DNA of 50,193 nucleotides, taken from a virus. Taxonomy: Duplodnaviria; Heunggongvirae; Uroviricota; Caudoviricetes. Both the position numbers and the translations under genes were made by a program. Positions 1-9,806 of the stretch are shown here, in pieces (positions within the stretch are counted from its first letter, which is position 1; each line of letters begins with the position of its first letter). The DNA lies in IMG/VR virus record IMGVR_UViG_2585427746_000005, positions 1 through 50,193 of that record; one strand, 5' to 3'. Below the pieces are notes generated by a model. The model ran no database searches. It was given only the letters and a program-made list of their open reading frames with translations, and had not been told where the DNA came from.

Positions 1-483
1 ATGACGAAGAAAAAAGCACATAAACCTGGTTCAGCGACCATCGCGCTTAACAAGCGCGCCCGTCACGAATACTTTATCGAAGAAGAGTTCGAAGCGGGAC
101 TTGCCCTGCAAGGCTGGGAAGTTAAATCCCTGCGCGCAGGAAAAGCCAATATCAGCGACAGCTACGTCCTTCTGCGTGACGGAGAGGCATTTCTGTTTGG
201 CGCTAACATCACGCCAATGGCCGTGGCCTCCACGCATGTGGTGTGCGATCCTACCCGTACCCGCAAGTTACTTCTCAACCAGCGCGAACTGGACTCATTG
301 TACGGTCGCGTCAATCGAGAAGGCTATACCGTAGTGGCACTCTCCCTGTACTGGAAAAATGCCTGGTGCAAAGTGAAAATCGGCGTCGCCAAAGGTAAGA
401 AACAGCACGATAAACGTTCAGATATCAAAGAGCGCGAATGGCAGGTGGATAAAGCACGTATCATGAAAAACGCCCACCGTTAA
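1..483 (+). CDS. smpB: SsrA-binding protein SmpB
   Basis: Complete 160-aa ORF, ATG at 1, TAA at 481-483; translation recognisable as enterobacterial SmpB; lies directly upstream of ssrA as in Enterobacteriaceae. Confidence 0.95.
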
Positions 484-697
484 ACCTGCACTCCAATTAT
501 TGACCAGTTCCTCACCGCGCCTCCCTCTCCGGCGGCGCGAATGAACATCTTATTGGCTATCACATCCGACACAAATGTTGCCATCCCATTGCTTAATCGA
601 ATAAAAATCAGGCTACATGGGTGCTAAATCTTTAACGATAACGCCATTGAGGCTGGTCATGGCGCTCATAAATCTGGTATACTTACCTTTACACATT

Positions 698-1060
698 GGG
701 GCTGATTCTGGATTCGACGGGATTTGCGAAACCCAAGGTGCATGCCGAGGGGCGGTTGGCCTCGTAAAAAGCCGCAAAAAATAGTCGCAAACGACGAAAA
801 CTACGCTTTAGCAGCTTAATAACCTGCTTAGAGCCCTCTCTCCCTAGCCTCCGCTCTTAGGACGGGGATCAAGAGAGGTCAAACCCAAAAGAGATCGCGT
901 GGAAGCCCTGCCTGGGGTTGAAGCGTTAAAACTTAATCAGGCTAGTTTGTTAGTGGCGTGTCCGTCCGCAGCTGGCAAGCGAATGTAAAGACTGACTAAG
1001 CATGTAGTACCGAGGATGTAGGAATTTCGGACGCGGGTTCAACTCCCGCCAGCTCCACCA
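698..1060 (+). ncRNA. ssrA: tmRNA (transfer-messenger RNA)
   Basis: 363 nt starting GGGGCTGATTCTGGATTCGACGGG and ending with tRNA-like 3' end GGGTTCAACTCCCGCCAGCTCCACCA; internal tag frame GCAAACGACGAAAACTACGCTTTAGCAGCTTAA encodes ANDENYALAA-stop. Confidence 0.95.
1016..1060. repeat. attL: 45-bp direct repeat forming the 3' end of intact ssrA
   Basis: ATGTAGGAATTTCGGACGCGGGTTCAACTCCCGCCAGCTCCACCA is repeated identically at 36100-36144. Confidence 0.85.
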
Positions 1061-1071
1061 AATAAAACAAA

Positions 1072-1100
1072 GGGTTACGTGAAAACGTAGCCCTTTTTTT
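1072..1100 (+). terminator. Rho-independent terminator after ssrA (prophage-supplied)
   Basis: Stem GGGTTACG / CGTAGCCC with 6-nt loop followed by T7 run, 12 nt after the tmRNA CCA end. Confidence 0.7.
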
Positions 1101-1176
1101 ATGCCCCGTGGCGGCAAAATGGCGACAGACGTTTGGGCGTGGCGACACAGGCAATAAAAAACCCGCCAGTGGCGGG

Positions 1177-1392
1177 TTAGTATGCAAACTGCTCCTGCAG
1201 GCCTTTTGGATGCGGTGGAGCTGCACTGATTTTCTCCGGGCGGCAAACCGATCGCACAAACGTTTCATGGGTTACAAACGTATGCCCGCATTCAATATTT
1301 GTACATTGGTTGTAACGCTCTTTGGTTTCGCTGGAGACCTGAAAGCTGCTGCGTGTATGTGCTGCCATTCCACACAACGGACAATTCATCAT
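1177..1392 (-). CDS. ogr: Ogr/Delta-type zinc-finger late-gene transcription activator
   Basis: Translation MMNCPLCG...C.NIECGHTF has the Cys4 pattern and length of P2 Ogr / 186 B; start moved to the ATG preceded by AGGGGAG; sits next to the att end as in P2. Confidence 0.8.
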   Translation of the reverse strand: MMNCPLCGMAAHTRSSFQVSSETKERYNQCTNIECGHTFVTHETFVRSVCRPEKISAAPPHPKGLQEQFAY

Positions 1393-1463
1393 GAGCAACT
1401 CCCCTTAATCATTTTTGCTGAAATCGCAATAATGATACACCATAATTCAATATTGAGAACTAA

Positions 1464-2567
1464 TTATTCCATTTCGAGATCATCTATTTTCACCTCAAAA
1501 TCCAGGCTGGTCGTAAATCCGTTATCTGCCGTAACGGTATGGGTCAGCGTGGTAATGGTCCATTCCGCATCATCGATCTGCTTTTTGAACCCCTGCACCT
1601 TTACCGGCATTTCCGTATAGAGATCAGCGCGCCCCTCTGCCAGCTGCATAGAGAATGAGGCCACCCCACGCTGCAGGCGCTCCCATTGCATTTTTGCGGC
1701 CCGTTCCGCGTTGCTGCGGTTCGCATAGGTCCGACTGAGTACCAGCACGTTTTCATCCGTACCGACCAGGTAATCCCCTTGCTTCTCCTCCGGTGTTTTG
1801 GTTTTGGTCGTGGTTGTTTTCCGCTTACGCTTTACCTTTACCGCTTCTTTTTTTACCGGTTCCCGCGTATGCAGCCAGCTGGCAATTACGCCGGTATAAG
1901 CTCCACGGTCTGCCAGCGTAAACCGGTGACTGTCACCATCTTTACGGGTAATAGTGATAACCGGCAGCGCTTTGCCACTGGCAGTTTTACCCTGGCCCTG
2001 CCGGAGAAATAGCAGATTGCCATCTTTCACGGACGCAATAGCGCCATACTGGCGCGCCAGACGCATCAGAAAACTGGCGTCGCTCTCGTTTGTCTGGTCA
2101 ATATGATCGATCGCTTTGTCGGTCAGGTCTTTGCCCAGCGCCATTTTCAGGTTATGGCGCCCGGCTATTTCTTTTACCACCTCCCCCACGGTTGTCTGGT
2201 GCCATGACTTTTCGCGCCTGGTATTCAGCGTTTCCCGGAAGTCAGCACTGCGGGCGCGAATGGTCAGACGGTCAGGCGCGCCACTGTGTTCAATTTCATC
2301 TACCGTATAACCGCCCTTTGGGAACAGCGGCTGACCTTTCCAGCCCAGCGCCACGGTGATCACCGCCCCACGGCGCGGCAGCACAATCAGGCCGTCCGCG
2401 TCGTCCAGCTCCAGATCAAGCTGGTCAGCCTCAAAGCCCCGGTTATCGGTCAGGGTCAGGCTCATCAGGCGCTTATCCAGCACCGTTGTAATATCCTTAC
2501 CCTCAATCGTGACGCTGAATGCTGGCGTTTTGCTGCCGGTAGTCAGCAGCCCTGAATCTAAACTCAT
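1464..2567 (-). CDS. Tail protein D (P2 gpD-like)
   Basis: 367-aa ORF, ATG start, ATGA overlap with the upstream U gene; position and size match P2 gpD. Confidence 0.8.
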   Translation of the reverse strand: MSLDSGLLTTGSKTPAFSVTIEGKDITTVLDKRLMSLTLTDNRGFEADQLDLELDDADGLIVLPRRGAVITVALGWKGQPLFPKGGYTVDEIEHSGAPDRLTIRARSADFRETLNTRREKSWHQTTVGEVVKEIAGRHNLKMALGKDLTDKAIDHIDQTNESDASFLMRLARQYGAIASVKDGNLLFLRQGQGKTASGKALPVITITRKDGDSHRFTLADRGAYTGVIASWLHTREPVKKEAVKVKRKRKTTTTKTKTPEEKQGDYLVGTDENVLVLSRTYANRSNAERAAKMQWERLQRGVASFSMQLAEGRADLYTEMPVKVQGFKKQIDDAEWTITTLTHTVTADNGFTTSLDFEVKIDDLEME

Positions 2568-3049
2568 GACAGTAAACCTCCCACCGTTCCGCTGATGCTT
2601 CCAATCGCAGACGTTGCCGTGTTCTGCAGAATGCCCAGCTGATCGCTAAGGCTGCCGAACATATCCGCCAGCGACTCATCCACCCTTTTCAGTGACAATG
2701 AGAACTCAATGCGGCGCGGCATCCCGTCACGGAAAAATTCTGCTTTCGTCTGGTTCAGCCCCTCGATCACATACATGCCATAAATCGTGCCACTTCCCTC
2801 GATCAGGGGCCACGCCTTGCCCAGCTCCGCCATCTGTTCCAGCGCCAGCATAGACAGCCTGCCGCCGGTGATTTCCGGTAACAGCACCCCGGATAGTGTC
2901 AGCGTGTCATTATCCGGCCCCAGAAATTGCGTGGTGGCGCGACGGTTTACGCGGCTGTTTGTCGCATGGCGCCAGCTACGCTGATACTGCAGCTCCTGAT
3001 AAGGGACCGTGCGCAGTTCGAAAACAAATAATCCCAGCACCATCATCAT
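2564..3049 (-). CDS. Tail protein U (P2 gpU-like)
   Basis: 161-aa ORF between the tape measure gene and D; overlapping stop/start codons on both sides. Confidence 0.8.
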   Translation of the reverse strand: MMMVLGLFVFELRTVPYQELQYQRSWRHATNSRVNRRATTQFLGPDNDTLTLSGVLLPEITGGRLSMLALEQMAELGKAWPLIEGSGTIYGMYVIEGLNQTKAEFFRDGMPRRIEFSLSLKRVDESLADMFGSLSDQLGILQNTATSAIGSISGTVGGLLS

Positions 3050-5841
3050 TCGTCATAGCCCCCCTGATCGCTGTAGTTACTCCGGGCCTTCGCCCTGATC
3101 CGGCGGTCACGCTCATCAAGCTGGCGCGCCACCTCTCGCGCAATGTCCTGCGCATTCTGCCCTGGCTGCGCCTGGATAATAATCTGCGTGGGCGCGTCCA
3201 CATGGAAAACTGGCTGCGCGCTTGCGCCCTGCCCCATCATCACGGCGCCCGATTTCACCGGCAGGCTAAACGGATGAAGCGGGGCCGCATCGGCCGGCGC
3301 CGCAGCCACCCCCATCATCCCGGCAACCACCGAGGCCAGCGCCGCTGTGCGTCGCCTGCTGGTTACGTTTACCGGGCCGTTGATAATCTCCGGGCCGTTC
3401 TCCCCCACGATGCCAAACTGCCCGCGCGGGATATTACCGCCGGTGTCATACATCCCTGCATAAGCCGGAAACCCGCCGGGCGGCAATATCACGCTGCCGT
3501 TACCGCCCAATGTGGCAGGCGTCTGATTTGGCAGCCTGGCGCTGGCGGCCTCTTTGTTAACCAGACCAAGTTTATCCAGCAACCAGACCACACCGGATTT
3601 CAGAGACTCCAGCGGATGCAGTGCCACGTTCAGCCCTTCCGCCAGCATTTCCCCGAACAAACGCCCCATTGATGCCGCACTCTGCAGCTCTGCCGCCGTC
3701 GATTTAACTGGCGTCAGCAAGTCGGTAAACCAGCCCCACAACTCCCGGACCTTATCCCCTACCCATTGAAATATGGGCATCAATGGCGCAAAGGCTGACA
3801 GAATTGGCTCAGCTGCAGCTTTAAACCCTTCCACCACGCCCCCCAGAAAGGCGCTGATAGGCTGCCAGTATTTCCAGACCACCATCGCCACCCCAGCCAG
3901 CGCAGCCACCACCAGACCGATCGGACTCAATAGCGCGCCCAGCAGACCGCCCACAGAAAACAGCGCCACGCGCAACACTGCCAGCGGGCCTGAAACCAAC
4001 AAACGCAGCACCCCGCCCGTACGGGTCACTGCAGCTGCGGTAGAAGGTAAAGCCTTAACCGCCAGCATCGACAGCGCGAACCGGATCACCGCAATCGGCC
4101 CCAGCACTGCAGCCACCGCCACCGCCAGCGTACCCAACCCGACAGTGATCGCCGCCGTCGCCGCAGCCACTTTCATCAGCGTGCCAGCCAGCACGGGATT
4201 CTGCTCAACCCAGCGCCGCAGCGCCCCTGTCACGCCTTTAACCATGCTCATGATATCCATCAGCGGCTGGCGCAGCGTTTCCCCCAGGCTACTGAAAGCG
4301 TTCTGCGCGCCCGTCTTAACCAGCAACCACTGCGCAGACAATGAATCTTTATTAATGTCGGATTCTTTCTGCATTGAGCCGTTCGCATCAGCTCCGGCGG
4401 TGAGTTTCAACTGGCGCTGCAGCTCCAGCAGGTTGTTAGCCAGTTTCGCGGCATCATCGCCAAACTCTTTACCAAAAATCATCGTCATTGCTGACAGGCG
4501 CTTATCCTGCGGCAGCTTGTTGACCTTCTCCAGTACGCGCTGAATAGTTCCCATGGCATCCGTGGTCATCTGCTTTTCAATCTCTGCCGGATTGAGTTTC
4601 AGCAGGTCCATACCTTCAAAAAAGCGTTTGCTTTGCATGGTGGCAATGGAAAGCTCACGCACCATGGCATTAGAAGCGCTGGCGGCAATTTCAGGCGCGG
4701 CGCCCAGAGAAAGGAAGGTTGAACCCAGCGCCGCCGCTTTGCGGAAGTCGAGGCGGTCAGCCACGCCCCCCATGCGCTGCAGGACGTTGATAATATCCCC
4801 GCCCTTTGACATGGCGTTATCGTCCAGGTAGTTCAGCGCATCACCCAACTGCTCAATATTGCGCGTAGGCACTTTATACAGCTGCGCTATTTTTCCTAAC
4901 CCTTCCGCCAGTTCATCTGCAGGCAATTCAAAGGCCGTTGCTGCTTTAGCCGCAGTGGAGGCAAAGGCCAGCAGATCGCGCTTCTGGTCCTCAAAAGGAT
5001 CATCCTGATTGATCACGCCCATGCGGGCGCCCCCCTCAACTAATGCCGCGTAGTCAATCGCGCCGTTCTCCATCGGCAACTGCTCACTGGCTGCTTTGAT
5101 GGCATCCTGCATTTCATAAAACTGCTTTGTGCGGTTGCCGTTGTCGTCACGCAGTCCGTTAACCTGTTTTGCCACGCCTTTCATGGCATCTTCCATGCTG
5201 GCATAGCTCCTGACCGCAGCCACAACCGGTGCCCCCATCGCTGCGCCAGCGGCTGCCGTTGTCGCCCCGGCGCCAGCGATGCGATCACGAACTTCAAGAC
5301 GGCGGGAATACTGCTCACGGACCGCATTCATTCGCGCCTGCTGTTCCCCCAGGCGTTTGAGTGATTTTTGCTGGCGGTCCAGCGCCTGCCGCGTTTCGTC
5401 AGCATTCTGCCGTAGCGTGCGCTGGGCGGAACTCAGATTTTTTGTACTAATACCCGCAGCACTTAATTCATCCCGCTGCCGCTGGGCAGATTGACGCAGC
5501 CCGTCAAAGGTATCTTTTAGCTGGCTGGCACGGCGTTTAGCCTGCTCCAGTTCTTTCGCCTGTTTTTTTGTCGGATTGCTGGCTGCAGAAAATGCATTCG
5601 CCAGTTCAGATACTTTCTGGCGCGCAGCCGCAAGATCGTGTTTTGCCCCCTCGAGCTGGGTGCGGACCTTGCGGAATCCATCAATACGGGCGGCCTGTGA
5701 ATCAAGCGCTTTGAGGCTGGCGCGGCTTTGCTGGATTGCGGCTGCCAGCTCCTTAGAGCTGGCCTGCGCAGAACGGAAGGGGCGGGTGAGTTTATCCACC
5801 GCATTCAGAATGACCTGCAGGCGCAGGTTGTTATCGCTCAT
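3046..5841 (-). CDS. Tail tape measure protein (P2 gpT-like)
   Basis: 931-aa Ala/Gln-rich helical protein with hydrophobic central block, GGAG SD; position between E and U. Confidence 0.9.
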   Translation of the reverse strand: MSDNNLRLQVILNAVDKLTRPFRSAQASSKELAAAIQQSRASLKALDSQAARIDGFRKVRTQLEGAKHDLAAARQKVSELANAFSAASNPTKKQAKELEQAKRRASQLKDTFDGLRQSAQRQRDELSAAGISTKNLSSAQRTLRQNADETRQALDRQQKSLKRLGEQQARMNAVREQYSRRLEVRDRIAGAGATTAAAGAAMGAPVVAAVRSYASMEDAMKGVAKQVNGLRDDNGNRTKQFYEMQDAIKAASEQLPMENGAIDYAALVEGGARMGVINQDDPFEDQKRDLLAFASTAAKAATAFELPADELAEGLGKIAQLYKVPTRNIEQLGDALNYLDDNAMSKGGDIINVLQRMGGVADRLDFRKAAALGSTFLSLGAAPEIAASASNAMVRELSIATMQSKRFFEGMDLLKLNPAEIEKQMTTDAMGTIQRVLEKVNKLPQDKRLSAMTMIFGKEFGDDAAKLANNLLELQRQLKLTAGADANGSMQKESDINKDSLSAQWLLVKTGAQNAFSSLGETLRQPLMDIMSMVKGVTGALRRWVEQNPVLAGTLMKVAAATAAITVGLGTLAVAVAAVLGPIAVIRFALSMLAVKALPSTAAAVTRTGGVLRLLVSGPLAVLRVALFSVGGLLGALLSPIGLVVAALAGVAMVVWKYWQPISAFLGGVVEGFKAAAEPILSAFAPLMPIFQWVGDKVRELWGWFTDLLTPVKSTAAELQSAASMGRLFGEMLAEGLNVALHPLESLKSGVVWLLDKLGLVNKEAASARLPNQTPATLGGNGSVILPPGGFPAYAGMYDTGGNIPRGQFGIVGENGPEIINGPVNVTSRRRTAALASVVAGMMGVAAAPADAAPLHPFSLPVKSGAVMMGQGASAQPVFHVDAPTQIIIQAQPGQNAQDIAREVARQLDERDRRIRAKARSNYSDQGGYDE

Positions 5842-6282
5842 CGCTGGCTCCGCTTCTCTGTATCGCTTTGTACCGCCATTCCAGCACTTCGGTCAGCGGC
5901 ATAACGTCAGTGACGGAGGGCGGCCAGTGAAAAATGGTGGCAATATCTGCCACCAAATCATCTACCGTCAGGCAGTCGGTAAACCGGCAAGCACCGACTT
6001 CTTCAACAAAAAAGTGACCACCTCAACAGACAACGAGGTGAGATCGGCGGGGTCCAGCTCTGCCATTTCCTGCGGCGTCAGCGTCGGGGTGGAAATGCGG
6101 GGGATCACCGTCATCATGGCGCCCACATCCATATCCATAAGGGCCTGCAGGCGCGTGCCACGCAGTGCGCCGGATTGCGGCTTACGCAGTACAATTTCAG
6201 TGATTTCAGTTTTACCGCGCTTGATTGGGGTATCCAGCTGCACAGTCTTTTCAGTCAGTTTATCGCTCATTATCTTTTCCAT
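5831..6282 (-). CDS. E+E' fused tail chaperone made by programmed -1 frameshift
   Basis: -1 frame after the slippery site stays open for about 56 codons and ends at TAA 5831-5833, just past the T start codon; total about 147 aa, as in P2 E+E'. Confidence 0.6.
5968..6282 (-). CDS. Tail assembly chaperone E (P2 gpE-like)
   Basis: 104-aa ORF directly upstream of the tape measure gene; carries the T-TTT-TTG slippery heptamer near its 3' end. Confidence 0.75.
   Translation of the reverse strand: MEKIMSDKLTEKTVQLDTPIKRGKTEITEIVLRKPQSGALRGTRLQALMDMDVGAMMTVIPRISTPTLTPQEMAELDPADLTSLSVEVVTFLLKKSVLAGLPTA
6007..6013 (-). other. Slippery heptamer T-TTT-TTG (programmed -1 ribosomal frameshift site)
   Basis: Minus-strand reading GTC ACT TTT TTG TTG AAG in the E frame; heptamer position verified by codon-by-codon translation. 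Confidence 0.7.
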
Positions 6283-6319
6283 TAGGGTTATTGCGCGGCC
6301 TGCCGCGCCATCAGGTTAA

Positions 6320-6835
6320 TCAGAGGCCAATTGCGTTGCGGTGTTCTTCCAGCAGGTCCACACCATCACAAATTTCGACCATATTGATAACATCGACCTC
6401 ATAGAGCACCTCACCGGCGATCGTCAGCTTCGCATAGGTATTGGTGCTGCTGACCTTCGTGGAATTGCTCTCGCCCGTTTTCAGTTCGCCAGCATCCACC
6501 TCTTTATGGCGCCCACGTACAACCAGCTCAACCGCCTGCACTTCGCCGGTATCGTCACGCTGAATTGAGCCAGTGAAACGCAGCTGGATGCCGTCGACAG
6601 TGGCTTTCCCCATCTGCTTGTATAGCAGTGACTCCATACCGCCAATTGAGAATTCGGTATCCAGCGCGCCATCATCCAGCCCCAAATCCACATCTGCAGA
6701 TCCCGGCATCCCGCCGCCGCGATATTTTTCAAACTTGCGTGAATACTTTGGCAAGGTGATTGACTCAACAATCCCCATCCAGTTGTTCCCGTCGTTAAAC
6801 AGGTTCAGGTGCTTTAACTTGCGTGGTAATGCCAT
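6320..6835 (-). CDS. Major tail tube protein (P2 FII-like)
   Basis: 171-aa ORF, ATG start, directly downstream of the sheath gene. Confidence 0.85.
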   Translation of the reverse strand: MALPRKLKHLNLFNDGNNWMGIVESITLPKYSRKFEKYRGGGMPGSADVDLGLDDGALDTEFSIGGMESLLYKQMGKATVDGIQLRFTGSIQRDDTGEVQAVELVVRGRHKEVDAGELKTGESNSTKVSSTNTYAKLTIAGEVLYEVDVINMVEICDGVDLLEEHRNAIGL

Positions 6836-6844
6836 GTATCCCCC

Positions 6845-8017
6845 TTATGCGCTGACGCGGCTGGCAAAATCGACCAGATAGCGATCGGTGATGCGCTGGC
6901 GCAGCATCAGATTTTCAAGCGGCGGCACTGGCGTATAGTCGTAGTCGATCGCCAGCTTCCCGGCTTTCAGGGTGTCCTTATCGTTCACCGACTCATCCAG
7001 CCAGCAATCACCACCAATCAGATAGCCCTGGTTAACCAGGCTGCGCATTTTGGCGCGGATACCTTCGATAATGTCGCGGGCCAGTGATGGATTCAGCGGC
7101 ATATCAACTGCCCACATATGCGCTTCCGCCATGGTGTCAGCCAGCACCTGCGCCGTGCGGGTGTAGTTTTCAAACTGGAACAACGGATCATCACTGAGGC
7201 AACGGGAACCCCAGAAGCGGAAACCGTCTTTACGAATGAGGGTGGTGATATCGTTCTGGTTAAGCAGTCCCGCATCCGTTGCCGGGTCCTGCAGATCCCA
7301 GGACACATCAGCGGACAGGCCAGTGACGCCATTCACGCCCACGTTAGACAGGGTTTTGTGCCAGCCGGTCTGCTCGTCAATTTTGGCGCGCATACCCAGC
7401 GCGCGAGCGGTGGCAAAAGCCGTCGCATCCGCCTGCAGCACGGTGTCAAAGTTGATAAAGTCAGGCCAAATCAACATCCCTTCACGCTGGCTGAAATTCT
7501 CACGATAGGCGATCGCTTCCTCCACCGTTTTGCAGCCATAGGCGGAAAGGTAAGCGAACCCGCGCAGGCTCTGCGCCACGCTAAGCAGTTCAGTGGAAAC
7601 CGCCTGCGTATCATGGCCCGGCACACCGAGGATGCGCGGCTTAACGCCCAGCTGCGACTGCGCAGACAGCAGCGCTTTGATGCCCGTTTTTTTACCGTCT
7701 GCCGTGACGCCGCCGATAATATTGGCGGTGGTTTCAGCTTCGGTTTCACCCTGGGCCACGCGGATAACCACGGTGACAGGCTTTGCCTGATCTGCAATAG
7801 CATCCAGCGAGCGGGCCAGCGTGCCGGACTCGCCTGCTTTGCCGCTGGCGGTCAGCACATCGGTCAGAAGGACCGGCTTATTGAGGGGGAACACGGACGC
7901 ATCGGCATCATCGCCGGTGCAGACCATGCCCACGATGGCAGTGCTCACCGTGGTAATCGTTCGGGTGCCTTCGTTGATTTCTTCAACGCGCACGCCGTGG
8001 TGGTAATCCTGAGCCAT
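6845..8017 (-). CDS. Contractile tail sheath protein (P2 FI-like)
   Basis: 390-aa ORF, ATG with GGAGA SD; first gene of the FI-FII-E-T-U-D operon. Confidence 0.9.
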   Translation of the reverse strand: MAQDYHHGVRVEEINEGTRTITTVSTAIVGMVCTGDDADASVFPLNKPVLLTDVLTASGKAGESGTLARSLDAIADQAKPVTVVIRVAQGETEAETTANIIGGVTADGKKTGIKALLSAQSQLGVKPRILGVPGHDTQAVSTELLSVAQSLRGFAYLSAYGCKTVEEAIAYRENFSQREGMLIWPDFINFDTVLQADATAFATARALGMRAKIDEQTGWHKTLSNVGVNGVTGLSADVSWDLQDPATDAGLLNQNDITTLIRKDGFRFWGSRCLSDDPLFQFENYTRTAQVLADTMAEAHMWAVDMPLNPSLARDIIEGIRAKMRSLVNQGYLIGGDCWLDESVNDKDTLKAGKLAIDYDYTPVPPLENLMLRQRITDRYLVDFASRVSA

Positions 8018-8089
8018 AAGGCATTATCTCCGGTTGACAGGGATGCCTTATGTTCTGGTTGATACGCACGCGGCGCACGTTTTTCTGCC

Positions 8090-8107
8090 TGTGCCATCAC
8101 TGACACA
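8090..8107. promoter_or_regulatory. Candidate Ogr-dependent late promoter dyad TGT-N12-ACA upstream of FI
   Basis: TGTGCCATCACTGACACA, centred about 81 nt upstream of the FI ATG. Confidence 0.45.
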
Positions 8108-8119
8108 ATAACGGGGTTT

Positions 8120-8677
8120 TCAGCCTGGCTGGCTGGCGGGAAATTTCTTATACAGCGTGGAAATACCCACATCAAAAAGCAGCGCCACGCGCTGACGTGT
8201 TTCACCTGCAGCCAGTAACCGCCCGGCCTGCGCCCATTGTTCCTGTGACAACTTTGGACGGCGCCCGCCGATTCTCCCCTGCGCCCTTGCTGCTGCCAAT
8301 CCCGCACGGGTTCTTTCCACAATCAGTTCACGCTCCATTTCAGCCAGGGCGCCCATAATGTGGAAGAAAAAGCGCCCCATGGGTGTCGAGGTATCAATGC
8401 TGTCCGTCAGACTGCGGAAATTAACAGCCCGCTGCCGCAGTTCCTCCACGAGAACCACCAGATGCCGCATACTGCGCCCAAGTCGATCAAGCTTCCAGAC
8501 AACCAACGTATCTCCCGGTGACAGGGTTTTAAGCAGCTTTTTTAATCCGGGGCGGTCCGATGTTTTACCGCTCATTTTGTCCTCAAATATCAGTTCACAT
8601 CCTGACCGCTCCAGCGCATCACGCTGCAGTGCCGTGTTTTGTTCATTTGTTGATACGCGTATATATCCCACTTGCAT
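8120..8677 (-). CDS. Site-specific DNA invertase (Hin/Gin/Cin/Pin family serine recombinase)
   Basis: MQVGYIRVSTNEQNTALQRDAL...LVVWKLDRLGRS...GRRPKL...ISTLYKKF is near-collinear with Hin/Gin; start moved to ATG with GAGGGA SD; abuts an inversion site. Confidence 0.9.
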   Translation of the reverse strand: MQVGYIRVSTNEQNTALQRDALERSGCELIFEDKMSGKTSDRPGLKKLLKTLSPGDTLVVWKLDRLGRSMRHLVVLVEELRQRAVNFRSLTDSIDTSTPMGRFFFHIMGALAEMERELIVERTRAGLAAARAQGRIGGRRPKLSQEQWAQAGRLLAAGETRQRVALLFDVGISTLYKKFPASQPG

Positions 8678-8731
8678 CTGCTTTCCCTCACGCAAAACCC
8701 CGAATGATGCCAGCCAGGCAGAAAAACTGCA

Positions 8732-8757
8732 TTTTCTTAAACGTTGGTTTAAGCGAA
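8732..8757. repeat. Left inversion site (hix/gix-like)
   Basis: TTTTCTTAAACG-TT-GGTTTAAGCGAA; half-sites resemble the TTATCCAAAACC consensus; core TT. Confidence 0.6.
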
Positions 8758-9423
8758 TCGTTTTCAGGCCGGGTTTTACGGGTAAAAAAAATTACTGCCA
8801 GCCAGTTATATGAATGGCCTGATGATGTTGATGATATCGACGTAACCATTGTCGCCGGTGGTGGCGGTGGAGGCGCCGGGGTATCCGTTCCTGTGGGGTA
8901 TTGTTCTGCTGGTTCAGGTGGCGGCGCCGGTGGTTCGGCACGCTCACGGTATAAGCGCGGGGATGTACCGCTCGCTATTCAGATAGAAATTGGTGCAGGT
9001 GGTAAAGGTGGTATTGCGGACGGCGCACAACCGACCAGCGGCGGCAATACAAAATTTGGTGAGCTTATGCTTGCTGAAGGGGGAGCAAGAGCCGCAAACG
9101 GTCTTGCCTTTCAGCAGACTGGCGCGTCTATGTTGATAGGCAATGGCGGCGGCGGTGCAGCGTATGGCGGCAATCTGTTTTCCAGTCGTGGAGGCTCAGG
9201 AACGCCAGCGGTATTCCTCAGCAATGGCTATGAGTCTGGGGCCGGTGGCGATTCAGTGTTTTCTTTCGGCCCACCGCCGTTAACAACAAATATCAGCGTT
9301 GCCGGTTATGACGGTGTGGATGGTGCTGGCGGCGGCGGTGCTGTCATTATTGAAAATACCGCCGGTCGAGATGGTGGCGATGGTGGCGATGGTGTTTGCC
9401 TGATTGTGGAGTATTCAAAATGA
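8746..9423 (+). CDS. Alternative tail-fibre C-terminal segment (silent orientation, no own start codon), glycine-rich
   Basis: Open frame continuing from the left site core in the same codon phase as H; gains an N-terminus only after inversion; stop overlaps the tfa' start (ATGA). Confidence 0.55.
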   Translation, partial: GLSESFSGRVLRVKKITASQLYEWPDDVDDIDVTIVAGGGGGGAGVSVPVGYCSAGSGGGAGGSARSRYKRGDVPLAIQIEIGAGGKGGIADGAQPTSGGNTKFGELMLAEGGARAANGLAFQQTGASMLIGNGGGGAAYGGNLFSSRGGSGTPAVFLSNGYESGAGGDSVFSFGPPPLTTNISVAGYDGVDGAGGGGAVIIENTAGRDGGDGGDGVCLIVEYSK

Positions 9424-9806
9424 ATCGTTTTGCGATTATTGATAAAGGAGTTGTGATTAACATTGTCAGCGCTATCAACCCTGCTGATTTAAATTACCCG
9501 GCATCGGATGTTATCGACATTGGTGATATGAGTATTGAGCGCGGATATATTCTTTCTGGCGATGAGTTTTCAGCCCCACCGAAAACAAAAGATGAAGAAA
9601 TCTCCGCTGCTTATCAGTTAAAAATGAGGCTAACATCGACCGCGAGAGAAATTGTTTCGACTTTACAGGCTGATTTATTACTAGGTGAAATCAGTGATGA
9701 AGATAAAGCGCGCCTGATTGAATGGCGCGCCTATCTGAAAAAAATGGAAACTATTAATATTCAGGATGCGCCGGGCATTAACTGGCCTGAGTCACCGGCG
9801 GTGTAG
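9420..9806 (+). CDS. Tail fibre assembly protein (alternative cassette)
   Basis: C-terminus ...RLIEWRAYLKKMETINIQDAPGINWPESP matches the conserved Tfa C-terminal motif. Confidence 0.75.
   Translation: MNRFAIIDKGVVINIVSAINPADLNYPASDVIDIGDMSIERGYILSGDEFSAPPKTKDEEISAAYQLKMRLTSTAREIVSTLQADLLLGEISDEDKARLIEWRAYLKKMETINIQDAPGINWPESPAV

Noticed and set aside
3554-4831. Plus-strand ORFs (71-256 aa) lying inside the tape measure gene
   Set aside because: Antisense to a long, well-supported minus-strand gene in GC-rich DNA; low-complexity Ala/Ser/Pro-rich translations, no start context.
8358-8745. Plus-strand ORFs overlapping the invertase gene (8358-8813 and the 5' part of 8560-9423)
   Set aside because: Antisense to the invertase; the meaningful frame begins only at the inversion site, so the upstream part is a read-in artefact.
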